Below, piece by piece: positions 12,590-24,932 of a stretch of DNA of 50,791 nucleotides; position 1 is the stretch's first letter, and every line of letters begins with the position of its first letter. The notes under the pieces are model-generated. The model was given only the letters and a program-made list of their open reading frames with translations. It made no database searches and had not been told where the DNA came from. The stretch comes from Octopus bimaculoides (Eukaryota), in assembly GCF_001194135.2 (NCBI RefSeq), contig NC_068989.1, positions 34,850,417-34,901,207 of the forward strand. The letters run 5' to 3'. The position numbers and the translations under genes were made by a program.

Positions 12590-12825
12590 CTCAGTTGAGT
12601 AGTCTTGTTTTGTGAACACTTGGTGACCTCACCAGTGCTGGCTCATGGAATAAAGCACCCAGTATACTCTGTAAAGTAGTTGGCATTATGAAGGGCATTC
12701 AGCCATAGAAACCATGCCAAAGCAGACATTGGAGGTCAGCACAGTCCTCTGGCTTGTCGGTTCCTGTTGACCTATCAAACTGTCCGACCAATGCCAGTAT
12801 GAAAAGGACATTAAATGATGATAAT
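12590..12825 (+). mobile_element. SINE/RTE 3' tail fragment
   Basis: ggcattatgaagggcattcagccatagaaaccatgcc...gacattaaatgatgat; homologous to 42820-43060. Confidence 0.65.
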
Positions 12826-13205
12826 ATCAAGTTATAAAAACAGTTTAACGTTAAACTGAAAAATTGCTCAATACATTTTAGTATTTATTAACTTTTGAAG
12901 TAAAAGGCTGACAGTAACTGTAAATTTTCAAGTTGCTCACTTTCATCAGACAGTTTGATAAAGACAAACTGAAACTTCAATGTCACTGTCAACTTTTTCC
13001 TTGTAAAATGAATACGTTTGTATATATATGTAAAAAGTAGGTCAAATAAACTAGAAGCATCACATTTGCCAGTTGACTCAAAAGATGAGATTCACTTCCA
13101 CCTACACTGTCTTATTTTATGAAAATTTTGATCTTATTTGAATCATTTCAATGAAATTTAATTGATTTAATCTACTGTGACAGCTTTGTAGAATATAGTT
13201 ATATC

Positions 13206-15317
13206 CAGAGCTGGATGTAAGTCTGTTAATCTGTTAATTAACAAAGCTGACATTTTTGTTAACAATTTAACTTTTAAGTGAACTTTGAAAATCATTATCT
13301 GTTACATTTAACCCAAAAATTTCATAAAAAACAGTAAACATTTAAGAGTTTCTATTGCTTCCAGATTGTCTTAGTATATTGTATGTGTCGTTCTTTCAGC
13401 CTTTTTTAGGCTCTTTAAAATTTAAAACTATAAAATAAAAGACAAAAAACCCCATAGCTTTTGGGTTCTAAAGCCCTCAAAAAGGTCAAAAAAGCTGATT
13501 TTATAGTTTTGGCACTTTTTAACCCTTTAGTGTTTAAATTGGCCCAAACCTGTTTTATCTAATTCCTCTATGAAATCTTTAGAAGAATAAACGAATCCTG
13601 TTAGTGAATTCTCGTAGCTTTGAGATAATGTGAGGGCTATTCTTCCAGAAAGCACAGAACTGGAAGAAAAGCAAAATTAACTGGGGTAGATGTCAACAGA
13701 GAAAATATTGACTTCCATAAAGTGGAAAAAATAAATGGAGGGAAAAAATTTGTAAATATTTCAGTGTGAACACAAATAGCTGTTACGTGGTAGCAGGGCA
13801 TGCTAGAAATAACAGCCAAATCTTTCCTTTTCTGGAAAAAGGAGCTGTTTATGTGTGATTTCGACATCAAATTTGATGAACACATGTAAAATAATCTGGA
13901 AAAGAAAAAAAGACCTGTTAAACAAAACCCACTTGATGGGAAAATTCGAGGTCCTCACCACCCTTCCCACCTTTCTTGTCCAGAAAAAAGTGGCTTGCAT
14001 TGGGTTTAAAGGTCAGATACATTGAATGCACCTGAAAAAACTGTGGAAAAAAAATTATTCCACACCGAGGAATAAGATCTTGTATTGATTATACCTGTAT
14101 TTCAATTAGTTCAAATTAAATTACCTCATCTTGAAAAGTGCAAAATTTTTGTTTGTTGCCATCTGGAATAATTTCAATAACAAATCAAACAGGTAAGATG
14201 CATTAAGAATGTCAATTTTAGTGTTTATCCATAATGCACCTGTTAATTAAATTTATATGCCCATAAAAATCAAATTTACTCTACAAGATCAGCTAAAATT
14301 ACATAACTACAAACCAGTGGTATATAAAGCACCCACTGACAAAATTTCAAATCTGTATGTAAAAAATTTTCAAAGTTACAAATATTGTGGACACCCCTCT
14401 TGAACCTGAATAATTCAAAATAACATGAACAAATAAGCATTACATTTGACAGATTAATATGAACACTACAGATGTTTTTAGGTGTCTTTTTTCTTACACA
14501 CATAACATGGCTTTTGCTTGGTTGAGACGACACGTGTGTTACTTTGACATCATCATTTGATAAAATTTGTATATGGGGAGAAAAATATCAAAAAATGTGA
14601 GAGTGAGAACGAAACGAGGAGGGAAGTTTTGGGATGTGCTAGAAGCAACAGCCAGGTCTCCCTTCGATCAGACATTTTCCTCTGAAATTAACAATTTTTT
14701 TTTAAAACCGAAAATGTTTCTCACGGGTTTTAAGTGCGTAGTGAAAAAACCCGTCAAAATCATTTTGGACTGGGGTGGTAGGGGATTGGCAGGAGTGAAA
14801 AAAAAATATTTATAATTTTTTCCTTTTTTTTTTCATACAAAGATGCTTTCTGAAGACTGGTGAAAAACACTGGAAAAAATCCCCATCAAAATAGAGAAAC
14901 TCCAACTTATGTGGGCCGTCTGGTCCGAAACTCCGCCCCTTCCAAAAAAGTTTGCCTACAAATTTCTTTTTAATCGTAATCTACACCGTTTGAAAAGTAT
15001 TTCTATAAAATTTCATTAAACAATACCTATTTTCGAGAAAGTTACGAAGGGGAAAATGTTTTTCAACAAATCTTCATATACACTCAAGCTACAGGATATA
15101 AGCGATTATTTGGTGGAAGTTTCGTTAAAAAGGGTAATATTGTAAACATTAACCCATAATATCCATTTTTCTGGAAGTTATGAGGCAACAAAGTAAATGG
15201 GGTATTAAACTGTAGTTATGCCTTTTTTCAATAAAAGTTAACGTTAACTTCGGTTACATTTTCAAAGAATTAACGGATTAACAAAATCAACTTTTCGATT
15301 AACGGTGCCCATCTCTG
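13206..15317. mobile_element. hAT-like DNA transposon, 2.1 kb, degenerate
   Basis: Termini CAGAGCTGG / CCCATCTCTG with gttaatc-rich subterminal similarity; 8-bp TSD gttatatc (13198-13205) / gtgatatc (15318-15325). Confidence 0.7.
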
Positions 15318-16399
15318 GTGATATCCCTCTACATTCAGCTTTCAAATCCCACTGGAATCAACTTTGCATTTCATCAATCCAGTGTAGATAAGACTAATTA
15401 TATGCTGGGAGTGATTTCCAATAAATATGAGACAAGGTAAGAAATTACTATTAGCAATAGTAATTTTGCATCGTTGAAGCCAGCATCTTTAAATAGGCAT
15501 GTGATGCCTTTTGAAATGAAGCGCCCCATTTCTACCAAGAGTTCTAAACTTCCCTTTAAAGGTATATGGCTCAGAGAGAGAGAGAGAGAGAGTTCTGTTG
15601 GAGTATAAAAAGGGCACCGTGCAACAGGATTTTTAAACGTCAGTTAGTCAACATAACTCATCATTGAAATGAATTAAACGTTTAATTTTTTTTCCTGCTA
15701 TTATGTGGGAGCAGGTAAAACCGGATCGAGCACACCTATGATGAAAGAAAGTACTCAAGCGCCACTATCCCATCCTATATTAAGGCATGTTGCATGTAGG
15801 ACAACACTGAAGTGTACACGTCTTTTTCCTTAAAGTAGGGTGATGATATTTGAGAGCGATTTGGCTGCTATTTCCAGCAGGTCGAGCTATCTTGTTTTCT
15901 CTTTGTAAGTGAGAGAGGTTACCCCTTTTTGGGGCACTTTGATGTCTCAAACAGAATTTTCGAACGAATTCTCGATTACCAATTTTCTATATTTCTTTTG
16001 CCGAAAACTTGAAACACAATTCCCCAACATCCTTCAAACTCTTGAATTGTTATTGATAGCACTCAACCTTTTTATGTGGGGTGTAGAATTAAAGAATTCG
16101 CCAAGCATATTTACAGATAAATGTTATCACTACCCTTCAGCTCTATTTCAACATAAAACAGAATGGTATTATTCTGGGTTCACTTTATTATCATCTGTGG
16201 TATCTCATCATGTTAAAGACAGTGAATGCACATCGCATAACTAGGAAGCAAAAAAGTTAAAAAGTACACAAACCATATTTACTGTTCCACACAATCAAGA
16301 GAGAGGAGGCAAGCAACTTACATTTTATTCGGTTTATAATAAAGTAATTAACGACGATTTCTGCCAGGATAAGACAAAACATGATTGGCAATGGAAAAT

Positions 16400-16830
16400 G
16401 TGGATCATAGAGAATTCTTTCCACAAGGGCCGGCAGTCGAGCCACGTGGGATCGAACTTTCACCCACTGCGATTGTAGCATGACGATAAAACTTCTGAAA
16501 GAAGGAGAGAACGGAAGAACATTTATCGACATCTGGCGGCCACTAATTGCAAGCGAAGAGGAAATAACTCTAAGTTATCGCATAGCAACCAAACCCATTG
16601 GGATCGCTTTTTAATGAAATAAGTCTATAAATACATTTATAAACATGTCTATAAATAAATCCCTTAATAATCTTCGCTAATAAAGATTTTCCGTTTACTA
16701 AATCTACCTTATCTATCGGACAAATATAAGTTTGAAGTATTTTCATCAATCACCTTTGGTGACTACGTAGTTAACGAGATTTGTTAAGGAAGAGCCACGT
16801 CATCGTCAATCTTGCTGACAGTTGCTGATG
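16400..16830 (+). promoter_or_regulatory. Putative promoter of the CREB3L-like gene with CCACGTGG (16442-16449) and CCACGTCA/TGACGTGG (16795-16802) sites
   Basis: Local CpG enrichment against a CpG-poor background, few repeats, 300-700 bp upstream of the ATG; UPRE/CRE-type and E/G-box motifs. TSS unknown. Confidence 0.5.
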
Positions 16831-17133
16831 TGTCACAACACTGTCTCTTGTTATTGTTGTTCAGATCAACACAACTCTTCACGATGAAATGATGAACACA
16901 CAATGAGTTCACAAATAGTAAACATTTACTAATTTACAATGGTACTCTTACGAAAACACTTTTTCTTGCTAAAACTAAACAGATTTCAAAATACTTCGTA
17001 ACACCTCAGACCATATCAGAAAACTAAAACTTCATCTCATCCGGACTTTTCAATATTGTTCACTCCCACGGTTACATTGTTTATCTGTCAGTTTATGTAA
17101 TATTTTGAAGTAACCCATCATTGCTGTCACAAG

Positions 17134-17241
17134 ATGAACGAAGGTCCAGAAAACGAGCGGCTTTTGGACATGTTATTTAATACGAACGACGGAATTCTTA
17201 AAGACGAATTTCGTTCTGATCCTTTCGATAACATGGATTGG
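17134..17241 (+). CDS. CREB3L-like: CREB3/CREB3L-family bZIP transcription factor, first coding exon (MNEGPENERLLDMLFNTNDGILKDEFRSDPFDNMDW)
   Basis: ATG at 17134 with A at -3, 36 open codons, phase-0 donor TGG|gtgagt at 17242. LLDMLFNTNDGILK resembles the N-terminal LLDLLFDRQDGILR of vertebrate CREB3L3 (recalled from memory). Too short for the ORF track. Confidence 0.75.
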
Positions 17242-19510
17242 GTGAGTAACTTTTATTTTGTCTGTTGATAACTGTGTGAACAATGGACAAGTAGTCGATG
17301 TTTTGCTTGACCCAATCTGTCATATTTTCACTTGGCGGAAATGTTGCATCATCCAGCTTAGTCATGTAATTTGTTAGCCAGGCACATGATACTCCCCGGC
17401 TGTCATCAACGAAGCCAATCTGTTCTTTTGCTTTAATGCCACCAAACATTAACAATTTATTTTACTTTTATCACTATCACGCTGTTTTTTTCTCACGTTT
17501 TCAATCACACGGATATGAAATTATTGTTTCAGTTTCACTTGTCTAAAGAGATGGACTTCAAGTATTTCATCATTTCCCTATCGGACTCTTCATAGTTAGT
17601 GACATTACTAATGTCATATGCAGCCAAACTTAAAATATGTTGTTTATTCTTTTAAAAAATTATACAAATTCAATCTGTTTATATTTAAGATTGTATTTTC
17701 ATTTCAGTTTGTCTTAAAACTTTTTTGTAAAGTATTCATATCAAAGCGTTGTTAGAACTTTTTATCCACCTCTAACTTTTGTTGTTTTAGCCCCAGGTCA
17801 CCTCCAAGCCATGTCATGGTACACCATTTATGTCGAGGCAGTGTATATCCAGTATCATATAATCCAATGTGTCCTTCCTAGTAGGATGTAATCTTTGGTA
17901 GATTCGACTACTATTTCTAGCATATTGGGCTGGCGTGTTAAGATTTCTGCCTTGAACTTTCATCTAATTTTTCTAAATCTTTCTGTTAAAATTGTATTGA
18001 AACCATTTGTGGGGAATTAGTACACATTGGATGTTAGAATATAGGATATTACTTCAGACCTGAAATATGATTATATGCTGCATGATTATAATCAACATCA
18101 TTTGACGCCCGTTTTTCTAGCCTTTCATGTGTTGAACCTATCATTACAACTATGTAATGTTTAGGGGTTGTATTCCGGTTATATAAGATGTAAACTTTTG
18201 AAAATGTTTATAACTTAAGTCCATGCTAAACTTGACGATTCCACACAAATCTCAAGTTCTTGTTAAAACGTATTGACTATCTTGAATGAGTATAATGTAC
18301 TTTTACTGAAAGGTTATTTTGTTTTGGAGAAGTTTTTTTTTTTTTCAAGTCTGAGTATTTTTAAACTTGAAAAGAATGTAAAAAAAGACCCATATTTTCT
18401 CTTTCAAAATTCTAAAAAGACATTTGTTCAACGTGCCAGATCACAGTAAGTCCCTCTTTGGAACTGAATCCCACCCAGTATGAAATAAACTTTGGTAACA
18501 TCTGTTAAGGTACAATAGTGTTTTTCAAATGCTAACTATGCCTTCCTTTTTTACACACACAGTTCGAGTGGGCGGGGATTGTATTGTTTATTAATCATTA
18601 TTTATGTGAGCATGTTTATTCCGTATTTGGGACTTCTTGCTTATTTTATGTCATACTCAATAGTTTTGAATATTAATAAAATTTTATCAATTCGTTTCTA
18701 TTGAAATTTGATGAGGTTTTCGTTCTAAAGTAATGTTTACATGCAATCCTATACACACGCACACTGTGTGTGTGTCCGTCCGTCCGATGTGATTATGTTT
18801 CTGCTAAGACCGGCGACATGTAAAGAGGAATATTGTTAAACTACACGCCACATTAAATCAGCATACCTTAAATTATATCCAGTACATTAGATAGAAATAT
18901 ACAATGTTTTATTTAGAAATAATATCTGCGGAACTTTTCTTCTCTTCAGGAGAGTATGTGTATAGATATTTGAATTAATACGCCTCCCATTACCTTTACA
19001 TAAAGACCTTTCTTAAAATCGCATGCCATCAATCTTTATTTACACGGCTACACGTGTCTATTTCCATATGTAAGTATTTGTATATACGCACGGTAGCATG
19101 TTCTGAGAACAAATTACAAAATCATGTTGTGTGCGTGTGTGTTGAATACACACCAACATACATGCACGCACGGCTAGCTAGATATTCATGCTAAGAGATG
19201 TTACGACAGGGTCCATATGGAATGTCAGTGTATGTCTGTAAGGACTTAATACTATTGTTGTTCTCTCGATTTTTACAATTAACGATGTAGGAACAATAAT
19301 TTCTGATGATCTGAAATTTGATATTTATTGTCAAGAAGTGTTTTAAAAAGCTAATTCTATATCTGCAATGATTTTCTAAGTTTTTTTAAATAAAAAAACA
19401 AAATCCTACTTTACAAAACTTATGCCAGACTTATAGAACTTATGTATATGTGTCTGTGTATATATACATATATATATATACACACACATACACACACACA
19501 CACACACACA

Positions 19511-19716
19511 GAGTAATCCCTCGACTATCGCGGGTGTTACGTTCCGAACCCCACCGCGATAGGTGAAAATCCGCGAAGTAGAAACTACTGTACTGTATAT
19601 TTTTAAAAATTATTTTATTATTTGTATATATGTATTTCATTATGAATGCAAAACAACGCCACAGAGGAATCGACGTAAGCTCAAATAATAAACCGCGATA
19701 TGGCGAGGGATTACTG
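19511..19716. mobile_element. Tigger/pogo-type MITE
   Basis: TIR (c)agtaatccctcg..atcgcgg / ccgcgatatggcgagggattactg followed by TA. Confidence 0.8.
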
Positions 19717-20033
19717 TAATGTGTGTGTGCGCGCGCACACACACACACATACATGACAGGCCATAAATAATGGTCATATTTTTCATTTATTGGAGTAAAT
19801 TTGGCTTACAGCTGTTTTCAGCAGTATTTATAGATTCGTTACTGATAGCTTTCCCAATTGGTTTATTGATCAATTGAGAAAAGCTGAACAAACTTAAAAA
19901 TTAATGCTACTTTCGTCAGAGCTATTTCTGTTTATAACAAAGCATATACATTCATATACATGCATATACACGCACACTAAAGCATATTATGGAAGTCTTT
20001 AACTTTTTCTGTTTGAAGGGTCGTTTAACCCAA

Positions 20034-20825
20034 TACAAGGTGGTATCAAAAAGTTCCCGGACTACTTCTGTAGTGCGCCAACAGATGACACCACATGGTT
20101 GCGTGCTCAGTGAGAACTAGCAGTGACCTTTATGAGGTAGTCTGCTGTGTTTACTTCGCAAGATGTGAAATTTGTGTTTTTGTGATCACGTGTATGTTGT
20201 AGTCTGCAAGGATCCTTCTGATTTGGCGGGCGCCACTTGTTTTCTTAACGAAACACTTTCAAACTTGGGACACTGGTAGAATGTGTCATATAAAACATCT
20301 TTTACTCTTAGTGTTATTGATAAAATTTTATCTTTTTAAAGTTATTTCGTGTTAAAATTCTCGTATTTCGGTAATTTCAACCAATCACTGACGTCTATTG
20401 AGGTGAAAACAATTACTGCTGTGGATTGTCAACAACACGTTGTGACGGTGTAATGAGATCTTTTCCCTTGAATAAAATTAGTACCGTTGTTTGTCTACAA
20501 CAACTATCAGTGGTACTGTTATTTATGACATCGTTCGTGCGTTTGTACTGGTTTTAGCTTTAGGGTTTTAGGGTTCGGGTTATGAGTATTTTTGCAAAAA
20601 TACTCATGACCCCAACCCTAAAGCCCTAGTGATTGGTTGAAATTTTTTCTCTGTTCTATAAGACAAAATATACAAGTATATGAAGTTTTAAAGTGTTTCG
20701 GTAGAAAACACACTAAATAAAACAAATAAAAAGTGGCGCCTGCCAAATCCGAAAGATCCGTCTGCGATTTTGTCATGGACAGGAACAAAGAGCTAACATG
20801 AAATTTTGCGTTGGAAACACAGGTT
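20034..20825 (+). mobile_element. Mariner 5' fragment interrupted by a MITE
   Basis: TIR tacaaggtggtatcaaaaagttcccggact; after the insertion comes atggac..gagctaacatgaaattttgcgtt (transposase start, ..ANMKFCV). Confidence 0.7.
20210..20759. mobile_element. 550-bp MITE with GG...CC termini and 8-bp TSD (Merlin- or MULE-like)
   Basis: TIR ggatccttctgatttggcgggcgccactt / aagtggcgcctgccaaatccgaaagatcc; TSD gtctgcaa (20202-20209) / gtctgcga (20760-20767). Confidence 0.8.
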
Positions 20826-21454
20826 GTATGTATTTACCTACTCCATTTCCTACACCCAATGATATATATGCGTGTGTGTGTGCACGCGCATAGGCACACA
20901 AACAAGATATATTGGGTTCCTGTGATGCCAAATCTCAGGATCGTCTGACTGAACACCAACTCTTGAAGAGTGCTGAGCAATTTATGAGTTGATCTTCATG
21001 TATAAAATCCTGATATGATAACAGTATGATATCACATCCATTTTCTAATGTCTTTACTTATCTCCCACACATCTAATCAATGTATCATCTTTTTCTAATG
21101 TAGGTGTAATAAAGATATTTAACAACATTTTCCTCTTAATATCAATTCTTCTCATCTAAAACTGACTTATTCTCCTCAATTTTTGAAACTCATTCCTTTT
21201 CGTTCACTTTCTTAAGATCTGCCAACAGAAAGATCCTAGTTGGCCAACTAACTTTGCTGTTCCTTTTTTAATTAAGATTATAGCACACACGTGTTTGTGT
21301 GCTTGGGCTACTTTCAATTGTGTCCATCCAAGAGTTGTTTTAACCTAACATTCTACACTTATAGTGTTATTTACCTTTAGTTCCAGCATAAAAGAAATTA
21401 TATGATATATATATATATATATGTATGTCTTCTACTATAGTCTCATATATATAT

Positions 21455-21665
21455 ATATGTGTGTGTCTTTATGTTTGTCCCCTACCACCACTTGACAACT
21501 AGTGGTGCTGTGTTTATGTTCCCTGTAACTTAGCAGTTCAGAAAAACAGATCAATAGACTAAGTACTAGGCATACAAAAGAAAAAAATAATGAGGTCAAT
21601 TTATTTGACTAAAACCCTTCAAGGCAGTGCCCTAGTTTGGCCACAGTCAAATGACTGAAAGAAGT
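21455..21665 (+). mobile_element. Degenerate SINE 3' half
   Basis: Homologous to 7440-7625. Confidence 0.7.
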
Positions 21666-22618
21666 TGCAGATGTTGGTGAGAGGGATAACTTCCCTTGGC
21701 AAACAGGACACAGTCGTGTGTCGATAAACCAGCTGGAGGAGATGTCCTCCTGNNNNNNNNNNNNNNNNNNNNNNNNNNNNNNNNNNNNNNNNNNNNNNNN
21801 NNNNNNNNNNNNNNNNNNNNNNNNNNNNNNNNNNNNNNNNNNNNNNNNNNNNNNNNNNNNNNNNNNNNNNNNNNNNNNNNNNNNNNNNNNNNNNNNNNNN
21901 NNNNNNNNNNNNNNNNNNNNNNNNNNNNNNNNNNNNNNNNNNNNNNNNNNNNNNNNNNNNNNNNNNNNNNNNNNNNNNNNNNNNNNNNNNNNNNNNNNNN
22001 NNNNNNNNNNNNNNNNNNNNNNNNNNNNNNNNNNNNNNNNNNNNNNNNNNNNNNNNNNNNNNNNNNNNNNNNNNNNNNNNNNNNNNNNNNNNNNNNNNNN
22101 NNNNNNNNNNNNNNNNNNNNNNNNNNNNNNNNNNNNNNNNNNNNNNNNNNNNNNNNNNNNNNNNNNNNNNNNNNNNNNNNNNNNNNNNNNNNNNNNNNNN
22201 NNNNNNNNNNNNNNNNNNNNNNNNNNNNNNNNNNNNNNNNNNNNNNNNNNNNNNNNNNNNNNNNNNNNNNNNNNNNNNNNNNNNNNNNNNNNNNNNNNNN
22301 NNNNNNNNNNNNNNNNNNNNNNNNNNNNNNNNNNNNNNNNNNNNNNNNNNNNNNNNNNNNNNNNNNNNNNNNNNNNNNNNNNNNNNNNNNNNNNNNNNNN
22401 NNNNNNNNNNNNNNNNNNNNNNNNNNNNNNNNNNNNNNNNNNNNNNNNNNNNNNNNNNNGGCTAAAAGCAACAGTAACATCCACCCCTAGGGGTCAGCCA
22501 CACTTAAGTGGCAATATACTACACTTTATCGTGCAGTTACTGTTAATACTTCATTTAGAGAATTAACATATATATATATATTATATAACCAGTATATATA
22601 TAGAGAGAGAGCTGTAAT

Positions 22619-22824
22619 ATTTAGAAGGTTGTTTGTTATAGCTGGCCAGAGAGTGACCATTGGTTTTGCACCTATAAAGCACTTAGCCATATTGATGAAT
22701 CACCAGATTCAAATGGATGTGTCTCTGGCCATTTGAGTCTGATGAGCTGCCTATATGGCTAAGTGCTTCATCAGTGTGAAACCAATGGTCACTCTCTCCA
22801 GCCACAACAAACAACCTTCCAAAT
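22619..22824. mobile_element. Small fold-back element with a degenerate hammerhead-like motif in each arm
   Basis: Arms 22619-22716 and 22729-22824 are inverted. Right arm reads GAGT-CTGATGA-N32-GAAA-CCAATGG-TC-ACTC (22735-22794). Left arm on the - strand has CTGGTGA...AAAA-CCAATGGTC-ACTC. Confidence 0.6.
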
Positions 22825-22851
22825 CTATCTGTCTGTCTGTCTCCAAATGTT

Positions 22852-23175
22852 AATGTTCAACCATATGACATTTTTTAAAACCCAGCACAAGTTTTAAATT
22901 AAAGAAAAATATCAAAATTAGAGAAAAAAATTAAAAAATTTACATACCATTCACACACATATATATAGCTTTAAAAATAGAATATAAATTTCACAAAATT
23001 ATATAGTAATCAAATATATATATATGTTTATATGTTTTAATTTTTTGAAATTTTATATTTTGTGTATGTGTATATGAAATGTCATTTAAATTTTTTGACT
23101 TTTTCTCTAATTTTCACCTTTTCCTTTAACTTAAAACCTGTACTGGGTTTTAAAAGAATTATACATTTGAACATT
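22852..23175. repeat. AT-rich fold-back element
   Basis: Arms of about 90 bp (aatgttcaa...ttttaaaacccag...aaaattagagaaaaa) in inverted orientation around a TA-rich spacer. Confidence 0.7.
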
Positions 23176-23442
23176 TGCTAGATATAAATAATTAATAGAG
23201 CACTGTTTTAAATGAATTACTGTATTTAGTCACCTTTAGCCCTTATCAAGAATCCTCATCTATAGTCAAATCTCTCAACATTCTGAGGGGATTGAGTTTT
23301 CTTTTTATGCAACATAAATCGATGAAATAAATTCATTAAAAAAAAAATGGTATTGATTCAATAAATTCCACATGTTTTCACTAAAAAAACGTGTCTTTAT
23401 GCCTTTTTTAAAACATCAATATTTGTTATGTGTCTGCCTGTC

Positions 23443-23512
<70 letters not shown>

Positions 23513-24082
23513 NNNNNNNNNNNNNNNNNNNNNNNNNNNNNNNNNNNNNNNNNNNNNNNNNNNNNNNNNNNNNNNNNNNNNNNNNNNNNNNNNNNNNNNN
23601 NNNNNNNNNNNNNNNNNNNNNNNNNNNNNNNNNNNNNNNNNNNNNNNNNNNNNNNNNNNNNNNNNNNNNNNNNNNNNNNNNNNNNNNNNNNNNNNNNNNN
23701 NNNNNNNNNNNNNNNNNNNNNNNNNNNNNNNNNNNNNNNNNNNNNNNNNNNNNNNNNNNNNNNNNNNNNNNNNNNNNNNNNNNNNNNNNNNNNNNNNNNN
23801 NNNNNNNNNNNNNNNNNNNNNNNNNNNNNNNNNNNNNNNNNNNNNNNNNNNNNNNNNNNNNNNNNNNNNNNNNNNNNNNNNNNNNNNNNNNNNNNNNNNN
23901 NNNNNNNNNNNNNNNNNNNNNNNNNNNNNNNNNNNNNNNNNNNNNNNNNNNNNNNNNNNNNNNNNNNNNNNNNNNNNNNNNNNNNNNNNNNNNNNNNNNN
24001 NNNNNNNNNNNNNNNNNNNNNNNNNNNNNNNNNNNNNNNNNNNNNNNNNNNNNNNNNNNNNNNNNNNNNNNNNNNNNNNNNN

Positions 24083-24352
24083 GGTCAAGCATGTCGCTTT
24101 AGGAGGGTATAGGCCACCCTATTCCTTCTGCCAAAGTTATCTCCGAGTGCCAAAGTTATCTCCGAGTGCCAAAATTACCTCAATTGATGGAATTTCTCTG
24201 AAAATAGGGGGTGGGGAGGGACTAAACCTATATATAAACCACCCTAGAAACCCCCCGAACACCCCTACAAAGTTTCATGCCGATTGGCCCTACCGTTTGG
24301 CCGTGATGTGAGTACAGACAGATGAACGGACATTACACCCATTATAGTATGA
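24083..24352 (+). mobile_element. Helitron/HINE-like non-autonomous 3' end
   Basis: aagtttcatgccgattggccctaccgtttggccgtg + acagacag + cattacacccattatagta; internal 19-bp tandem duplication tgccaaagttatctccgag. Confidence 0.45.
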
Positions 24353-24932
24353 GACGCAGTGAAAGCCAAACAAATATCTATGAAACAGCTGCAATGAGAA
24401 CAAATATTGCTCAGTTAATGATGATGTTTTACCATTTTCTGTATGGTTACACCTCTCAATAATTGAAGGAATATTTAATTATTTCTAGCTTGTTTAGATC
24501 TCCAGCTATGAAGAAGGCGGCAGGTTAGCTGGTGAGACTTACACACCTACAGTAACTACATCTCTGGTTATCTGACCACCTAGAAATTGCGGCCAAATCT
24601 CTCTCAAATCACAGCTTACTATATTAAAAAGGGGAGGAGACATTGCATAATGAAGTTGTTGATAAATAAGGTGAAATGATCACTGCCTGTCTATGGACAT
24701 TACTTCACAATGGATAGCACCAGTAGTTCTACTTGAGAAGATTGATTCTTTGAGCATTGAGCATCACTGGAGTGATGATACAAACTTGAGGAAAAACAAA
24801 AGGGTTATGTGAATATTCATCAACTAGAACTAAAAGATATTTGTTTTGAGATACTGATTCTTGAAGTACCATAACATCATACCACTCTTGGAACCATTGC
24901 AAGTTGTAAAATTTTAGTTTTAGTTTGGAGTA

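Noticed and set aside
13780-14000. P-element-like YVVAGH...RG..PS peptide
   Set aside because: Too short, frameshifted and inconsistent with the hAT-type ends.
15909-16532. ORFs 15909-16244 and 16257-16532 upstream of the promoter
   Set aside because: No recognisable motifs or splice-supported structure on either strand.
17198-17455. 85-aa - strand ORF (MLMFGGIKAK...)
   Set aside because: Antisense shadow over exon 1 and its donor; the + strand has the splice signal and family motif, and no homology is recognisable.
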